A program made the position numbers and the translations under genes. From Malacoraja senta (Eukaryota), in assembly GCA_038087875.1 (NCBI GenBank), contig CM075989.1:14076001-14140000 (forward strand): a stretch of 64,000 nt of DNA. The letters run 5' to 3'. Position 1 is the stretch's first letter, and each line of letters starts with the position of its first letter. Shown here piece after piece: positions 40,201 through 53,695 of this stretch. Below the pieces are notes generated by a model. It did no database searches. It was not told where the DNA came from and saw nothing but the letters and a program-made list of their open reading frames with translations.

Positions 40201-41733
40201 TAGGATGTACTTCCTCAAATTAGGATGTCCTTCCTCAAATTATTTTCATTTTTGGATCAAATGAAGGTCATTTTTGGATCAAATTTAAAACAAGGCTGTG
40301 AATAATTTGGTTAGATGGATAGCTTGGAAGCAGAGCTTCCGGGAGGGAGTATAGTCAATGGCTTGATTACCCAATGTTTAAGCAAAGGAAAATTCTGTTT
40401 GCACTGCAATGTGCAACTGACAAATCAGAAGTGATGGTGAGCAAGAGTTGAATGTTGTTCGTGTATATACTAAATACATGGTGTTTTCATCTGAAAATAT
40501 ATCCATCAAGTTGAGAAAGACGTCCAATATCCATTGTGTTTTCCTAACTCTCCTACCTATGTGTACATATCATAAATTAGAAATCCAAAACGCAGCAACT
40601 TTTGGAACTCACATCAAAGTGTTCAAATAGTAAAGGGGTCCTTTGTAGAGAGTAGAATTAATTAGTGACACCTAGTTCTAGGAAACAAAAATAAAGATGA
40701 AATAATTTAACAACTGTAACTGAGATTGGGGAAGATGGACAATTTTATGAGCCATTGCTTTGAAGGCCAGTCTGTGGTTTGATAAATGTGTGGTAAGACA
40801 CATTGGGCTTGATATTATTAATCCTCCTGTTGCAGTTCAATATTGAACTGATGGTTAGCAACATTTTGCTGGTCAATATGTTCCTGATTTCCATGATTGC
40901 ATCTCCACTCCTGGACATAGGTAATACAAATTGTTGAAAAAAAATGGTGTGCAATTTTTCACCCTTTAGAAGCCTCCCAAACGAATCTTATAGGATTTGT
41001 CACTTTATTTGGACAAACAAAATAACTTCAATACGGTTTATGTTCATGTTCCATGGATACATTATTTAAGGATCATGGGATGTTTAAATTCAATCGACAT
41101 TTGTACTGAACAAAATTGATTCTAAGAACAGCCATTTATGATTTCTCAGAAAGAAGTAATCACTCCTTTTGTTTCTCTTCGCAATAAATTTAATAAAAAA
41201 ATCAGATTTCATTGTGGCCTAAACAAACTCTCAAAACGAATTTGTTTAAGAAGGTACACAAAAAAGGTTTAAGAAGGAACTGCAGATGCTGGAAAACTGT
41301 AGGTAGACAAAAGTGCTGGAGAAACTCAGCGGGTGAGGCAGCATCTACGGAGTGAAGGAAATAGGCAACGTTTCGGGCCGAAACCCTTCTTCAGTTTATT
41401 TAATAGTTTATTTTCTCACCAGAAATTTTCTTTGAGGGGAAGGATGCTTTAGTCATTACTGACAAAAAGATTTTTTCTGTTGCAATGGGAAAATAAATGG
41501 TATTGAAATGTTATTGAGTGATTTAATTGAATTTTAGCTTGGCAGAATCCATGAGTTTTTATAGTTATAAATGGCTTGTTTATTAAACTTTCATCTAATA
41601 AAAGTAATGAGATTCAAAATACAACACAGGAAGAGTTACACACATTAAATATTCACTATTACACTATTGTTGATATATAAGTGCGTTTTAAAAATAAGTT
41701 TAGTGAAGTTTCCGAAGAGCGCCGTTAAAATTA

Positions 41734-41970
41734 AGGGCCTGTCCCACTTACGCGACCTTTACAGGCGACTGCCGGCACACGTCATAGGTCGCCGAAATTT
41801 TCAACATGTTGAAAATTCAGCGGCGACCAGAAAGAAACTACGACTCTTTGGAGAACTCTCACGACCATAGGCTGTATGGTCGTGAGAGGTCTCCTATGGT
41901 CGTGAGAGGTCACCCGCAACATGTCGCCAGGGGTCGCCTGTATGGTCGTGAGAGGTCTCCTCTGGTCATG
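41734..41970. mobile_element. Truncated PIF/Harbinger-type MITE
   Basis: TTA followed by AGGGCCTGTCCCACTTA; shares aaattttcaacatgtt with the 22.5 kb copy. Confidence 0.65.
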
Positions 41971-42214
41971 TTGCCTGCACTGGAGAACTTTAGTTATGGG
42001 GTCACATGAGTCTCCAGCAACTTGCAATGTATTGTCACACCTGCCATTTCCCAAAGTACCCAAATCCCTGCATATTCACAGTTCTGTCAGTGAAGGGGCT
42101 GCACTACACCTTAACTTGGAAAGGAAACTAAACAGGTGGTGTAAGTGTCAATTTGGGAACACTTTGGAAGCAGAGACAATAATTCTTTAAGGTTCTAGTT
42201 ATTTCTGGAAAAGG

Positions 42215-43980
42215 GTAAGGCTAGCCCTCAACTTAAAGTCCTAAATTGGGGGAAGGCTGATTTCAATAACATAGGAAGGACTTCGCAAAAGTAAACTGGG
42301 TGCATCTGGCAAGTGGGAGCCTTTTTAAAACAAAAGTTAGCAAGAGTTCAAAGACAGCATATTCTGGTCATGGCAAAAATGGTAAGATTAGGGATGATAA
42401 AGGTTATTGAAGATTTGATCAGGAAAGAAAAGGAAGATGAGACCGGTATTGGCAACTACAATCAACTAAGTTCCTTGAGGAATACAGAGTATGTAGGAAG
42501 GTACTTATGAAATAAATGTGGATGCCAAAATGGTGTCATAAAATATCCTTGACAGCTAAGGAGAATCCCAAGTCATTTCTAAGTATATTAGAAGCAAGTG
42601 GGTACGCAAGGAAAGAATGGGAACCCCTCAGGGGCCAAATTAATTATCTATGTGTGGAGCCAAGGATGTGGGAATGGGAGAAGTATGCGAAGGACAGTGA
42701 GCACAAGGAGGGATATGTTGATTGACTGGGCCATGCAGGTATTAACAAGGTGGAGGTGTTAGATACCTTGGATCACAAGGATGGATACATTCCCAAGGTT
42801 GGGTGAGATCTATCCCAGACATATGGCTTTATGAAGGGGGAACTCGTGTCTCATAAACGTAATTGCAATGTTGTGGAGATAAAGACCGAGATTGATGAAA
42901 GCAGGGGGTAGATGTTGTCTCTTTGGACTTTAGTAAGGTATTTGATAAGATTCCACATGGTTGAGGCAGAAGGTGGTGGTGAAGGGTGTTTTTTCTGTGT
43001 CTTGTGAGATACCACAGGGATTGGTGCTGAGACCGTTGCTGTTTGTGATATGTTAGTGATATCGATGTGAATGCAGGAGGAGTGATCAGTAACATGATGT
43101 GAACATTGGTGGTGTTGTGCATAGTGAGAAAGGTTGTCTAAGGCTAAAGCAGGGTATAGATCACTGGAAATCTGGGCATAGTATTAGCAGATGAAATTTA
43201 ATCCAAATAAGTATGAGGTGATGTATTTTGGGAAGTCAAGTACGAGTAGAACATATACAGTAAATGGCACGGTACTAAGGAATGTTGATGAACGGAGATG
43301 CCTTGGGGTTCAAGTCTATAGTCGCCTGAAAATGCTATCACAGGTGGATCGGGAGGTCCATGGCTTGAAGGTGCATGGCTTGCTACCCTTCATAAATTGG
43401 GACATAAGATTTAGGAGTTGGAATTTTTATGATACGACTTTGCTAAACACTGGTTAGGTTGCACTGGAATATTGTGCTCAATTCAGTTGCCATCAAATAG
43501 TAACGAGTGGTTGCACTGGATGGAATGCAGAGAAGATTCACCAGCATGTTGCCTGCACTGGAGGAGTTTAGTTATGAGGAGAGATTGGATAGGTTGGGAT
43601 TGTTTTTCTTTGAGCAAAGGAGACTGAGGGGAGACAATTATGAGAGGTACCAATAATCATAATCTTTTTTGCCGTGGTAAGGGTAACAAAAACAAAAGGC
43701 ACATGGTTTTAAGGTGCAAGTTACGAGATTTCAAGGAGATTGGAGAGGTAAGATTTTTTTACAGAAAAGTTGATATCTGGAACATGCTGCTCGAGGAGCT
43801 GGTGGAGTCGGTTTTAATTCTTGTGTTTAAAAGGCATTTAGACAAATACATAAAAAGGCAAGGCATAGAAGGATAAGGTCCTAACTCACTCAAGTGGGGT
43901 TAGTGTCAATTGTCAAAAAGATCAGCACAGACATGGTGGGCTGAAGGGCCCTTGTCTGTGCTGTACAATTCTATGACTGA
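42215..43980 (+). mobile_element. Old, decayed CR1 LINE ORF2 and tail
   Basis: KENPKSF, LDFSKVFDKIPH and MKFNPNKYEVMYFG remnants plus CR1 tail. Confidence 0.85.
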
Positions 43981-45454
43981 GGTGTAAACCTTGGACAGAA
44001 AATAGAAATGTCTCAGTGTAAATAATTAGAGTTTCCATTTTGATTCCTGCTGTGTGTTGTATTGATTGAAATTGGCTTTCATAATTGGAGGACTGGTACA
44101 TTTAATCCCAGGTTGCTATTCAGTGATATCTGTTGTAGATCTGAATTCATGAGGTCCTTCTGTAAGGGCAAAGGATGACATTGCACTAAGCACTATGTAC
44201 CTTAGAAGGCCAGAAAGCTTGATGCAGTAATGAGACATTTTGACATCTGTTTGAAAGAAGTGCCTGAAGCCTTAATTAAAAGCAACATATTGGAGCATCC
44301 AATGAAATCTTCAATAAGGAAAACCATGGTTTTTAATAAATGTTCATGTACAGGACTAAAGGGCATGATTCGTTTACTTCAGTAACTTGTTTTAACATTA
44401 GATCAATTTGATAGCATTAAACTATGCAAAATATTAGCTAGTGGAAATCAAAAGTAAAGACAAATCACTTAGCAGAAAGGGCTGGAATGGTGAATCATTT
44501 CAATGGCATTTAATCACTCTCAGTCTGCAGCATGCCACTGTGCCTCCATGGTTTGATCCTGATCCAGTATTTCTTGGCTGCTGGTGCTTGATAAATTGCT
44601 GTTTCTTTTCCAACATCTTGTTTTGATGAAGGTTTGTGTGATAGTTATGTTCCTTCTACTTTGGATGATGTCGGACTAGTTGGATATTTCCAGCGTTTTC
44701 TGCTTTTATTTTCAGACCAAGTAATATTTTCTCAGCCAGGGACCCTATGTGAATTGATTTTCTCTGTGAAAAACTAGTCATTTATTAAGTGTGCACAAGT
44801 ATCATCAAGTGCTCCTAATCTATGCTGGAAGGGCATACTGTAGCAACTTCGAGAATCCATAATGATGTCTGATGGGAAAATATAAGGTTCAGTATAAGAC
44901 ATTTAGTTGACAAAGATAAGTTCAGCAGTTTGCAGACCCTCCAACTTCAGCAGCACCTAACTTAAATGTATGTATAATTATTCAGCATTAATACATGCCC
45001 TTTGGGCCACCATGTCCATCAGGTAGCTGTCTGACTAATCCTATTTACCAGAACTTGGTCTGTAGTCTTCTATGCTTAGCTGAATCAAGGGTTGGCCTAA
45101 ATGTTGGCTTGTATTACTTAAATATAAAATACAATGCAATTCGGTTTTATTCGTCACAATATGTGAGAGTACCTGCCTCCAGCATCCATCCATGCAGTAT
45201 ATTCCAGATTCAAACTACTCTCTGTGGGAAAATGATGCTTCCTCAGATACCTCTTATTCATTATCTTAAATCTATGGCCTCTGGTCTTAAACACCTCTGC
45301 CAAAGGGAAAGTTTATTTTGATTTTCTTAAATGTGTACACCTCCAATAGGTTCCCTCTCCCCCTCCCCAATCTCCTCTGTTTTAAGGAAAATAAACCAGC
45401 CTATCCATTCTCTCCTCATAACCGAAATTATCCTTACCACCCATACTGCTCCAC

Positions 45455-45831
45455 CCATACGCTCCTGCCCGGTGCCTCAGGTCAGCTGATCAGCTGCTCC
45501 TGGAGGCACCGAGGTCTAAGCGGAAGCTCAGAGGGGATAGAGCCTTCTCTGTTGCTGCTCCGGCACTCTGGAACACCCTGCCGTTGCACATCAGACAGGC
45601 CCCCTCACTGTCCATCTTCAAAACCAGTATTAAAACACATTTATATTCCTTGGCTTTTGACACTGCTTGAGACTTTGCTCCTGTTTTTAGTGCTTTTAAT
45701 GTTTTTAATTTTATTGTTTTTACTCTTTCGTTTAATGTTTTTATTGTTATGTAATAATTTCTTGTCCATGACTAGTCATGTACAGCACTTTGTTGCAACT
45801 GTGGTTGTTTTTAAAGTGCTCTATAAATAAA

Positions 45832-45862
<31 letters not shown>
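45455..45862 (+). mobile_element. L2-clade LINE 3' end with (TTA)n tail
   Basis: GDRAFSVAAPALWNTLPLHIRQAPSLSIFKTSIKTHLY read from 45533; tail ataaataaag(tta)n. Confidence 0.85.
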
Positions 45863-45865
<3 letters not shown>

Positions 45866-47384
45866 AGGAACATCCTAGCGCACATAGACACAAAATGCTG
45901 GAGGAACTCAGCAGGACAGGCAGCATCTCCGGAGAGATGCCTGTCTGAAAATGGATCTCGACCTGAAATGTCGACCCATTCCTTCTCTCCAGGGATGCAG
46001 CTTGTCCTGCTGAGTTACTTCAGCATTTTATGTCTATCTTCAGTTTAAACCAGCATCTGCAGTTCCTTCCTACACATCCTGGTGTATTTTCTCTGCACCT
46101 CTGGTAGAATCACATCTTTCCCATAGTGTGTCAAACAGAACTGCACATAGTTGATCTCCCAAAATACATCACCTCAAGCTTATGAGGATTAAATTCCATC
46201 TACCATTGCGCTGCCCAACATTCCATTCTGTAGCAAAAGATAACGCTCAATATCCACAGCCCTACTGATTTTTGTGTGCTTGGTATTGCTGTAGAGCGAA
46301 GATGCGGACATTTCACTTATATGTCCAATGATTTAAAGCAAATTAACAAAAAAATTGCTTATAGATTGCAGCTTGGTGTTATGGCTGTAATATGAATTTA
46401 TGTCATACAACATCATGGCAAACATCAGCAGCATCTGAGGCATGACATATCATGCGTCCCTGAGCTGCAATGCACCTGACACAGAGCCTGTGTCCAGCAG
46501 GTGAATAGGAGAGAGGGCTTATCCTATTTCTGTTATTTCCATAGGGCATTGAAGGAGGCTATTCTGTCTATCGCGTCTCTAGTGGCTATCAAAACATTCT
46601 TACCTCTCTCATATGCCAATCAATTTTCTTTGATTATCCTGTTATCCATCTATACTAGGACTTTTTTTTTAGCCAGCTGACATATCGGCACATCTTTGCT
46701 GTAAAATGAATCCAGATGACCAGGGAATGCACATAATTACAGGCAAATGTTGCAAACTCTGTACAGACAGGAGCAGAGGTCAGGATTGACATTGGTTGTT
46801 GGAGATGTTCAGCAGCAGCTCCACCTGCTGCACCACCATGTTGCTCTTTCAAATTTTCTGGGGAGAGCATAGGACAATTGGTGTTGAGAGGGTTAGGACT
46901 GATCGGGAATTGGAATATGGTGCTGAAGAACTGAACATAAGGTCCACATTTGACACTGTACTATGAAATATTTGGTAAATGTAAATGGCATATACAGTAA
47001 ACCTCAGGAGTGTTGATATGCAAAGGGATCCTGGGGTGCAACTCCATAGCTCCCTGAAAATTGTGCTACATGTGGATTGATTAATGGTTAAAACATGCTT
47101 ACCATAGGTCCAAGCACAGAGTACAAGAATCGGGATGTCATGTTTGCAACTGTACTAAACACTGGTCAGATCAGATTGAGTATTATGCACATTTCTAGTC
47201 GCCAGACTATAGTAGTAATGTGGTAGCAATAGGGAGAGTGCAGAAGAGAATCACTGGAATGTTGCATGGACTGGAGGACTTGAGTATCAGGAGAGATTTG
47301 ACAGGCTGGATTTATTCTCAATGGAACATAGTAGGGTGAGGGGCGACCTTAAAGATAAGTCAAGAGTCGTTTTATGTAACAATT

Positions 47385-47820
47385 GTCCCATTACCTGCTC
47401 CCTCACATCCACCCAAGGACCCCAGGAGTCCTCTCAGGTGAGACGGAGGTTCATGTGCATTTCCTCTAACCTCATCTACTGCAACCAGTGTCACTGATGT
47501 GGCCTCCTTTACATTGATGAGGCAAAATGTACACTTGGCGCCCGTTTGCCGAACACAAGTGCCAAGGCTTACTGGATCTCCCAGTTGCTATCTATTTAAA
47601 CTCCTCTTCCTATTCCATTCTGACTTTTCTGTCCTGGGCCTCCTCCATTGCCAGAGTGACGCCACACATAAACTGGAGAAACAGCTCATATTCTGCTTGG
47701 GCAGTTTACAACCCAACGGTATGAACATTGAATTCGCCAATTTTAGGTAACTTACCAAAACGTTCTCCACTTCTAATCCCCCCACTTTCTCCCCCCTCTC
47801 CCTCACTCTTCCCCTATGCC
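47385..47820 (+). mobile_element. Penelope-like element GIY-YIG endonuclease remnant
   Basis: FMCISSNLIYCNQC..CGLLYI, RPFAEH and LIFCLGSLQPNGMNIEF motifs. Confidence 0.8.
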
Positions 47821-48249
47821 CCAACAAAACATTTTTGGGCAGGCACTTGGATTGGAAACAAGTAGAGGGATATTGGCCTAATTAACATATCCAGCAGCAC
47901 TTACAAGGAGCTATTTTTGCTCATTTTAATTTTGACACACTTGATATGTGTGTATTAAGTAAGCTTATTCCATGTACAAGACTGTTGAAATAAATAGCAG
48001 CATGTGATCACAATTGTACTTGCAGGAGGTTACATTTCTCGGTATAATGAAATAAGCAATTGATTTTTATTTCCATTTGAGTTAATTACACCCTATCACT
48101 TTTTACTAAGATCAAGATCTAATAATGTATCTTCAAACTGCTTCTCCATATTTGCAGCAGTTGTATTTGGAAAATTACACTTCAAATATTGGACTTCTGT
48201 AGATTCTTTGAAGTGAAATAGAAATACAAGACTGATTATCTGACTAAGT

Positions 48250-49060
48250 TTGGCAGCGCCTTGTGGCAGCGGCTCGTTTGCAGTCCATCTGTCTTTTCTT
48301 TCTTTTTGTCCTGTTAGGTGTATGTTTTTGGTTTTAGTTTTATTTTATTTTTAGCTGTGTATATGTGGGGTGGGGGTGGGGGAAACTTTTTAATCTCTTC
48401 CCTGCACGGGGACTCGACCTTGCCCCTGTCGAGTCGCCGTTGTCGTTGGGGCCTAACATCGTGGAGTCGGTGGCCTCCAACCGGAATCGACTTGAGGCTC
48501 CAGTCGCAGAGCCTGCGGACTCATCATCACGGAGCTGGCCGACTTCGGAGCGTGGAGCGCTGTGGTGGCGCACGGCTGCGACCCGACTTTGGAGCTTCGG
48601 AGGCTCCGGCTGCAGGCCCTGTGGACGGTAACATCGGGAGCTCGCGGGTCCCTGGTGGGAGACCGCTTTTCGGAGCTCCAGCAACGCAACTTCTCCCGCC
48701 CTAATCGAGGGGTTTAAATCGACCCGGCGCAGGGCCTTGCATTGCCCGGGGCGGCTTAAACGGCCGCGGGACTTACGATCGCCCGCCGGGGGCTCTAACA
48801 TCAAAGCCTCGATCAGCTCGATGCAACAGTTTGACTGCGGGAGAAGAAGAATAAAGAACAGAGAACAGGGAAGAGATAAGACTTTTGCCTTCCATCACAG
48901 TGAGCAGGTGTTTGGAGATTCACTGTGATGGATGTTTGTGTGGAATTGTGTTAATTGTGTGTCTTGGTTTTTTGCTGTTATGACTGCAGGAACGAAATTT
49001 TGTTTGAACCTTGTTTTTAAATGACAATAAACGACATTCTGATTCTGAATCTGAATCTGA
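48250..49060 (+). mobile_element. CpG-rich non-coding retroelement with Rex1-like tail
   Basis: Same 5' T-rich/G-run block and 3' block as the 12.2, 21.1 and 29.3 kb copies; AATAAA plus (ctgaat)n tail. Confidence 0.65.
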
Positions 49061-49149
49061 AGTTTCTATTTCATGTGTGGTTGGCGTTCTCTGGTTTTTT
49101 GATTCTTAGTTATGTGATGTACATTTAAAAACTGCAGATGCTAGAAATT

Positions 49150-49428
49150 TGTTTAGTGTAGTTTAGATGTACAGCTTGGAAACAGGCCCTTCAGCCCACC
49201 ATGTCCGTGTCGACCCATGATCACCCATACACTAGTTCTATCCTACACACTGGGGATAATTTTTACAGAAACTAATTAACCTACAAACCAGCACTGGACC
49301 ACCTGGAGAAAACTCATGCGGTCGCAGGGAGAATGTCCAAACTCCGTACAGACAGCACCCGTAGTCAGGATTGAACCCAGGTCTCTGGCGCTGTAAAGCA
49401 ACTGCTCTACTGCTGCACCACTGTGCCA
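49150..49428 (-). mobile_element. tRNA-derived SINE (V-SINE/HE1-like)
   Basis: Homologous to the other SINE copies in the window. Confidence 0.85.
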
Positions 49429-51710
49429 CCCTAATGTAAAATCTGAAATAAAAGCAGAAAATGCTATAAATATCACTTGTTTAAAAAAAAAAGATATAAT
49501 TATTCTTGGCTGCTTTAGCTGCTGTAGTGAACATAAATCATGAATGCGTTTGGAGTTAACAAAGATTTTGTATTGTCATTTGTGATTTACAATAAATTGA
49601 ACATCTTATCTATGGACTAAGTTATACATATGAACCTACTGTCATACATAGAGTAAATGTTCTGATTTTCTACCAAAGCTTTAAAGTAATTACAGACTGA
49701 GGACTTTGTACAAATGTGTTCAATTTGTGTTTAATGATGTCACAAAGTTGCATCCACATATAAAATGTAATATATTGTTAGGTCTTGTTAATCTGTTGGA
49801 AATGAGGAAATTATTATCTAACGTTCAGAGTTCAGTTGAGAAATTAGTTTCGTAAATAAAAGTTAATCACCAGTTCCATTTCTTCCATGGGATTCTTGGA
49901 TGTCAAAGAAAGAGAAAACACTTGCATTTATTTTGCACCCTTTATTCTCAGGAGATGCTCAAAAGCACTTAATAGTAATTGAATTTGCTAACTGAAAGGT
50001 AATCTGTACTTTGCCAGAGGAACTATGGTATCCTCTTCATGTACAACACGATCCCACAGCAGGAGTTAGATCAGATGGAAAGATATTGCTGTATATGCTG
50101 GTAATCTGAAATAAAGCAGAACATGTTAGATTTGCTACTCAGGTCTTGCAGCCAGTGTGGAGAGATGAGCAGAGTTAACACTTGATCTTATCAGAATGGG
50201 GTACTAAGATAATGAACCGATAAGATCGGGTTTTGTTTAAGAGACAAAACCTGGACAGAATTGCAAAGTACGAAGCACTTTTCTTGGAAGCATTTATGGC
50301 CATTGGAGAGAATGGACGTGACCTCATTTTGACGTCACATTTGAAAGTGAGTCTGGGAGTTCCACAGTAGCTCACTGGAGAAGCAGCACAATGGGGCTAG
50401 ATCATACTGATAGTTACAAAGGGAACTGCTGGTTTTAATTTATTCCACTGGAGTCATTTCTGGTCAGATTTTGGTGCTTCTGCCACTTTGCTCCATCACC
50501 AAATTCCACATGGGAAATCAGTGAGACCTGGTGTCTACAATAGAAACCCATTTATTTGAACATGGATTCCTGTTCTGAAGATTAGGTGGAAAAAAGGCAT
50601 TATTTTTTTATTTAACAAGAAACATTTTTTTTTCATTTAAAAACTGTTATCTTTATGTACAGGAGACTCGACAGGGACAATTTCATGGCTTTTAAATTAC
50701 TTTTTTCTCAGCCTTACCTGTATTTAATGGTTGTGAGGGAGTGATGAGGTGGGTCAACATATTCCCGGATGTGAAGGGCCAGAACAGTGGCTCTCCTGTA
50801 GTAGGCTGAGGTAAGTGCAGATGGTGGGCAAATCTGAAAATTGGACCTAACTCAGCATAGTCCACGATCTTCCGACTCTGAGATAAGAGGCTGACTCTTC
50901 TGTATCATCCCTCAAAGGACGATTCCACACTGACTAGGACTGATCTAGCTGTATATTTTTTGTGATTGTGGCCATTGGAAACTGTATTGTACAGTTTTAC
51001 TTGTAGAAAAGAGATTGTTGAAGGTGATCAGCAATTCTCTCTCTGCTTTGGTAAGTCATATTATGGTCTTCCTCAAAGCAAGCAAAGTGCCTGGAGCTGT
51101 GATGTCAGATGGAATACAATGCATGATGAACATTTCTGTTGCAACGTTATATTGGATGTATACACAGAGGAATGTGAAGGCCTATTCAAGTGATTCTTAT
51201 CTAAGCCGCTGTTAGCACTTTGTTAGTGAAGCCAACAGTGAAATCTTCACAGACAGTCAAGATGTCTTCTGTGACACTTGTGACACTGTGACAGTGTGGC
51301 AACCAATCAGTCCTAGTCCCATCATTCACTGGGGATGGGCGGCACTCTGATTTTCAACAGCCCCACCCCCACTCAAAAGAAAACAGCAATTCAGGAGGTC
51401 ATGCTTTAAAGTTTGAGATTCTCTAGCTTAAAAGTTTGAAGGTTTACGTTTTTTAAAGGGCATAAAACAAAAGGACATAGGTCCCATGACTCCACATGGA
51501 ACTGGCTGTTCCTGTCTTAGCACCATGTTTTCTAAACCATTAACACTTTAAGTTTATTTTGAATATATATCTGTCCACCAATATCAGAAATAATTGTAGT
51601 ATAATTGTACATTAAACCTCAACTTTGTTTCAACTGATCCCTGTTTATTCAGTGCTACAGTTTTCAGCATTCATTGATGATAACTTCTAAACTTACATAA
51701 AGTTGGATAT

Positions 51711-51868
51711 TGTTGTGTATTTGTTGCTTGGAACGGTCTTTAAATAATACTCGGACACGGGAGTAAACTAACAAGCTTCTTTATTCTAAACGCCACCTTG
51801 AGTCTCTCCTGCGCATGCGTACCATTGCGCAAGACATCAAATATGTTAATTATATTACATACCTAACA
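51711..51868 (-). repeat. 3' LTR (158 bp)
   Basis: Direct repeat of 55301-55458 with 2 mismatches; minus-strand AATAAA near 51780; NRF1-like TGCGCATGCG motif. Confidence 0.97.
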
Positions 51869-51883
51869 CTCCTCCCCCTTTAA
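51869..51883 (-). promoter_or_regulatory. Polypurine tract
   Basis: Minus strand AAAGGGGGAGGAG directly abuts the TG of the 3' LTR. Confidence 0.9.
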
Positions 51884-52189
51884 CTTGGAGGCAGGTAACA
51901 CCATTTCTATTTCATACCCCACACTCCTCCCCCTTTAACTTGGAGGCAGGTAACACCATTTCTATTACATAAACAGTACTCCTCCCCTTTTAACTCAATT
52001 TCACCTTCACGATATATGCTATTTACCTAACATATAATTGATTGATACACTGTTGCAAAATTGTATTATTAAAGTCATCTTACAATGCATCCTCATAACT
52101 GTAATAATCTTATCTAAACCTAGCACATAATTTTCATTCCACCCATCTTCCTTAAACCAAATACATTACCCCTTGCTTTATGTGTTATC

Positions 52190-52728
52190 ATTTTCCGTTC
52201 CCTTATGTGTAAATTGCGCACTCTTTCTAATCGCTCTAGCTCTGCCTGTATCTCGGACTCTTCCTTTTTAAATGTCCTAATCTTAATTTGAAGATTTCTT
52301 CCTGTTCCTGATATTCTGCTAAAGTTAACATTTAATTTTCTGCTTCATATATTCGCTTTGTTTTCCTCTGTTTCTGTTCATTATTTGTAGGTGGCACCTG
52401 ACACATGGCTGCAGGTTTTCGTTTTGCTAGCAGCTTTCTCTGTCGCTCAATTTCCTTGCGCTGCGTATTTATCCGCTCTTGTTGTTTAATAAGATTCTGC
52501 AATGCATAACCATGTGTCCATTGCTCAGTGAAGGAGGCTACATGCCAGACTGTATGTAGTGAAGTGTCCTAGTCGCAATCGGTCCTGCATACTTTTGTCT
52601 CGACCGACAAGCCTCTCTTGTTTAGACATTTCTATTAGCAGCTTTTTACTCATTGTCACACATTTATTTAACCATTCTTTGTATCGTTTAAGTATTTTCT
52701 GTTGTTCATCTATTATTCTTAAGTCACA
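52190..52728 (-). pseudogene. TLK2: Processed fragment of tousled-like kinase 2 (coiled-coil region, no kinase domain)
   Basis: [54 protein letters not shown], then after a frameshift [103 protein letters not shown]. The linker resembles TLK2 rather than TLK1; no introns. Confidence 0.9.
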
Positions 52729-53695
52729 TCTCTGGTTCTTCATCAAGAAGTAGGATCTATATTGTCTTTGCAATACAACAATATAGTTTTCTTGCTTCAT
52801 AAGCAAGGTAGTGAGACTGCACTACAATTGCTGGATATTTCAGTTTGAAGAAGTCTTTCCTATACCCAATCATAGGGAGTACTGACTGAATTTGTACAGT
52901 AGCCCTCTTTTGCTTAATCCACTGCCTAACCACCATACCCTTGTAGGCAGCCTGAATGGCAATGGTTGCATACCTCATTGACTGATATTGCACAAACTGG
53001 GCATGCCCTATTTTGCATGCTTTGTACCATCTCTGGATCGAAATGACTGCTTGTCGCATAGCTCTGTAGCATACCCTTGATCGGTACCCACGGAATGAAG
53101 CTTGCAAAGTGACTATAGCCGCCTTTTGCATCAAGAAATATTTTCTTGAAATGCACATCATTAAGAATGACTTAATATGGCGAGCTGCCTTGATTTTCTC
53201 AACCAATTCTCTGGCTTTGACTCCGCTGTAGAAGGCCTGAATACAAACCACTGCTTTTCTCAAACTATTATAATGTCTCACGTGGGCATCTCTTATCTGG
53301 CAAGCCCTGTATCATTGCTGTACAGCAGTGGCGGACCAGCGTAGTTTCTTGAAATACTGACGCTGTTTATGCATTTGATAATAGGTCTGTATGACCTTGG
53401 CATGCACCGCAATTGCTTTCGAACAACCATTCCTCGGTAGGCAGCCTGAAGCAGCACAACGCTGCTGCATACCTTCATGTAAGTTTTGCGATCAGTTTCC
53501 ATTTGAAGGTGTGCCCTATAATGGGTTTGTACTATTATAGCTGCCAATCTCATTGCCCTGTATGGACGGTATACTCGTTGCATTCTAAATACTGCTTGTA
53601 TTACTGTTGCTGCCTTCTGTTTGTCCCGTATCTCTCTCCGTACCTTCATACCCCTGAAGGCAGCTTGAATAGTTAGGGTTGCCCTCTGGATGGTC
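52729..53695 (-). pseudogene. ASPM: Fragment of the ASPM IQ-repeat array
   Basis: Tandem motifs IQAAFRGMKVRR, IQAVFRMQR, VQTHYRAH, LQAAYRGMVVRK, LQASFRGY, IQRWYKA and IQAAYKGMVVR, with ASPM-type periodicity; frameshifts near 53400 and 52795, and a TGA near 53313. Confidence 0.85.

Noticed and set aside
51869..51995. CRISPR-like repeat-spacer appearance
   Set aside because: Eukaryotic context, spacers related to each other, no cas genes; explained as PPT duplication.
52190..53695. Interpretation as genuine ASPM or TLK2 loci
   Set aside because: Partial, disabled, intron-less, fused to each other and enclosed by LTRs with a TSD.
1..53695. A calcium/calmodulin theme among cargos (IQ motifs, TSP type 3 repeats, CRACR2 family)
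   Set aside because: Too few genes; ZNF276 and TLK2 do not fit, and the CRACR2-like piece lacks the EF hands.
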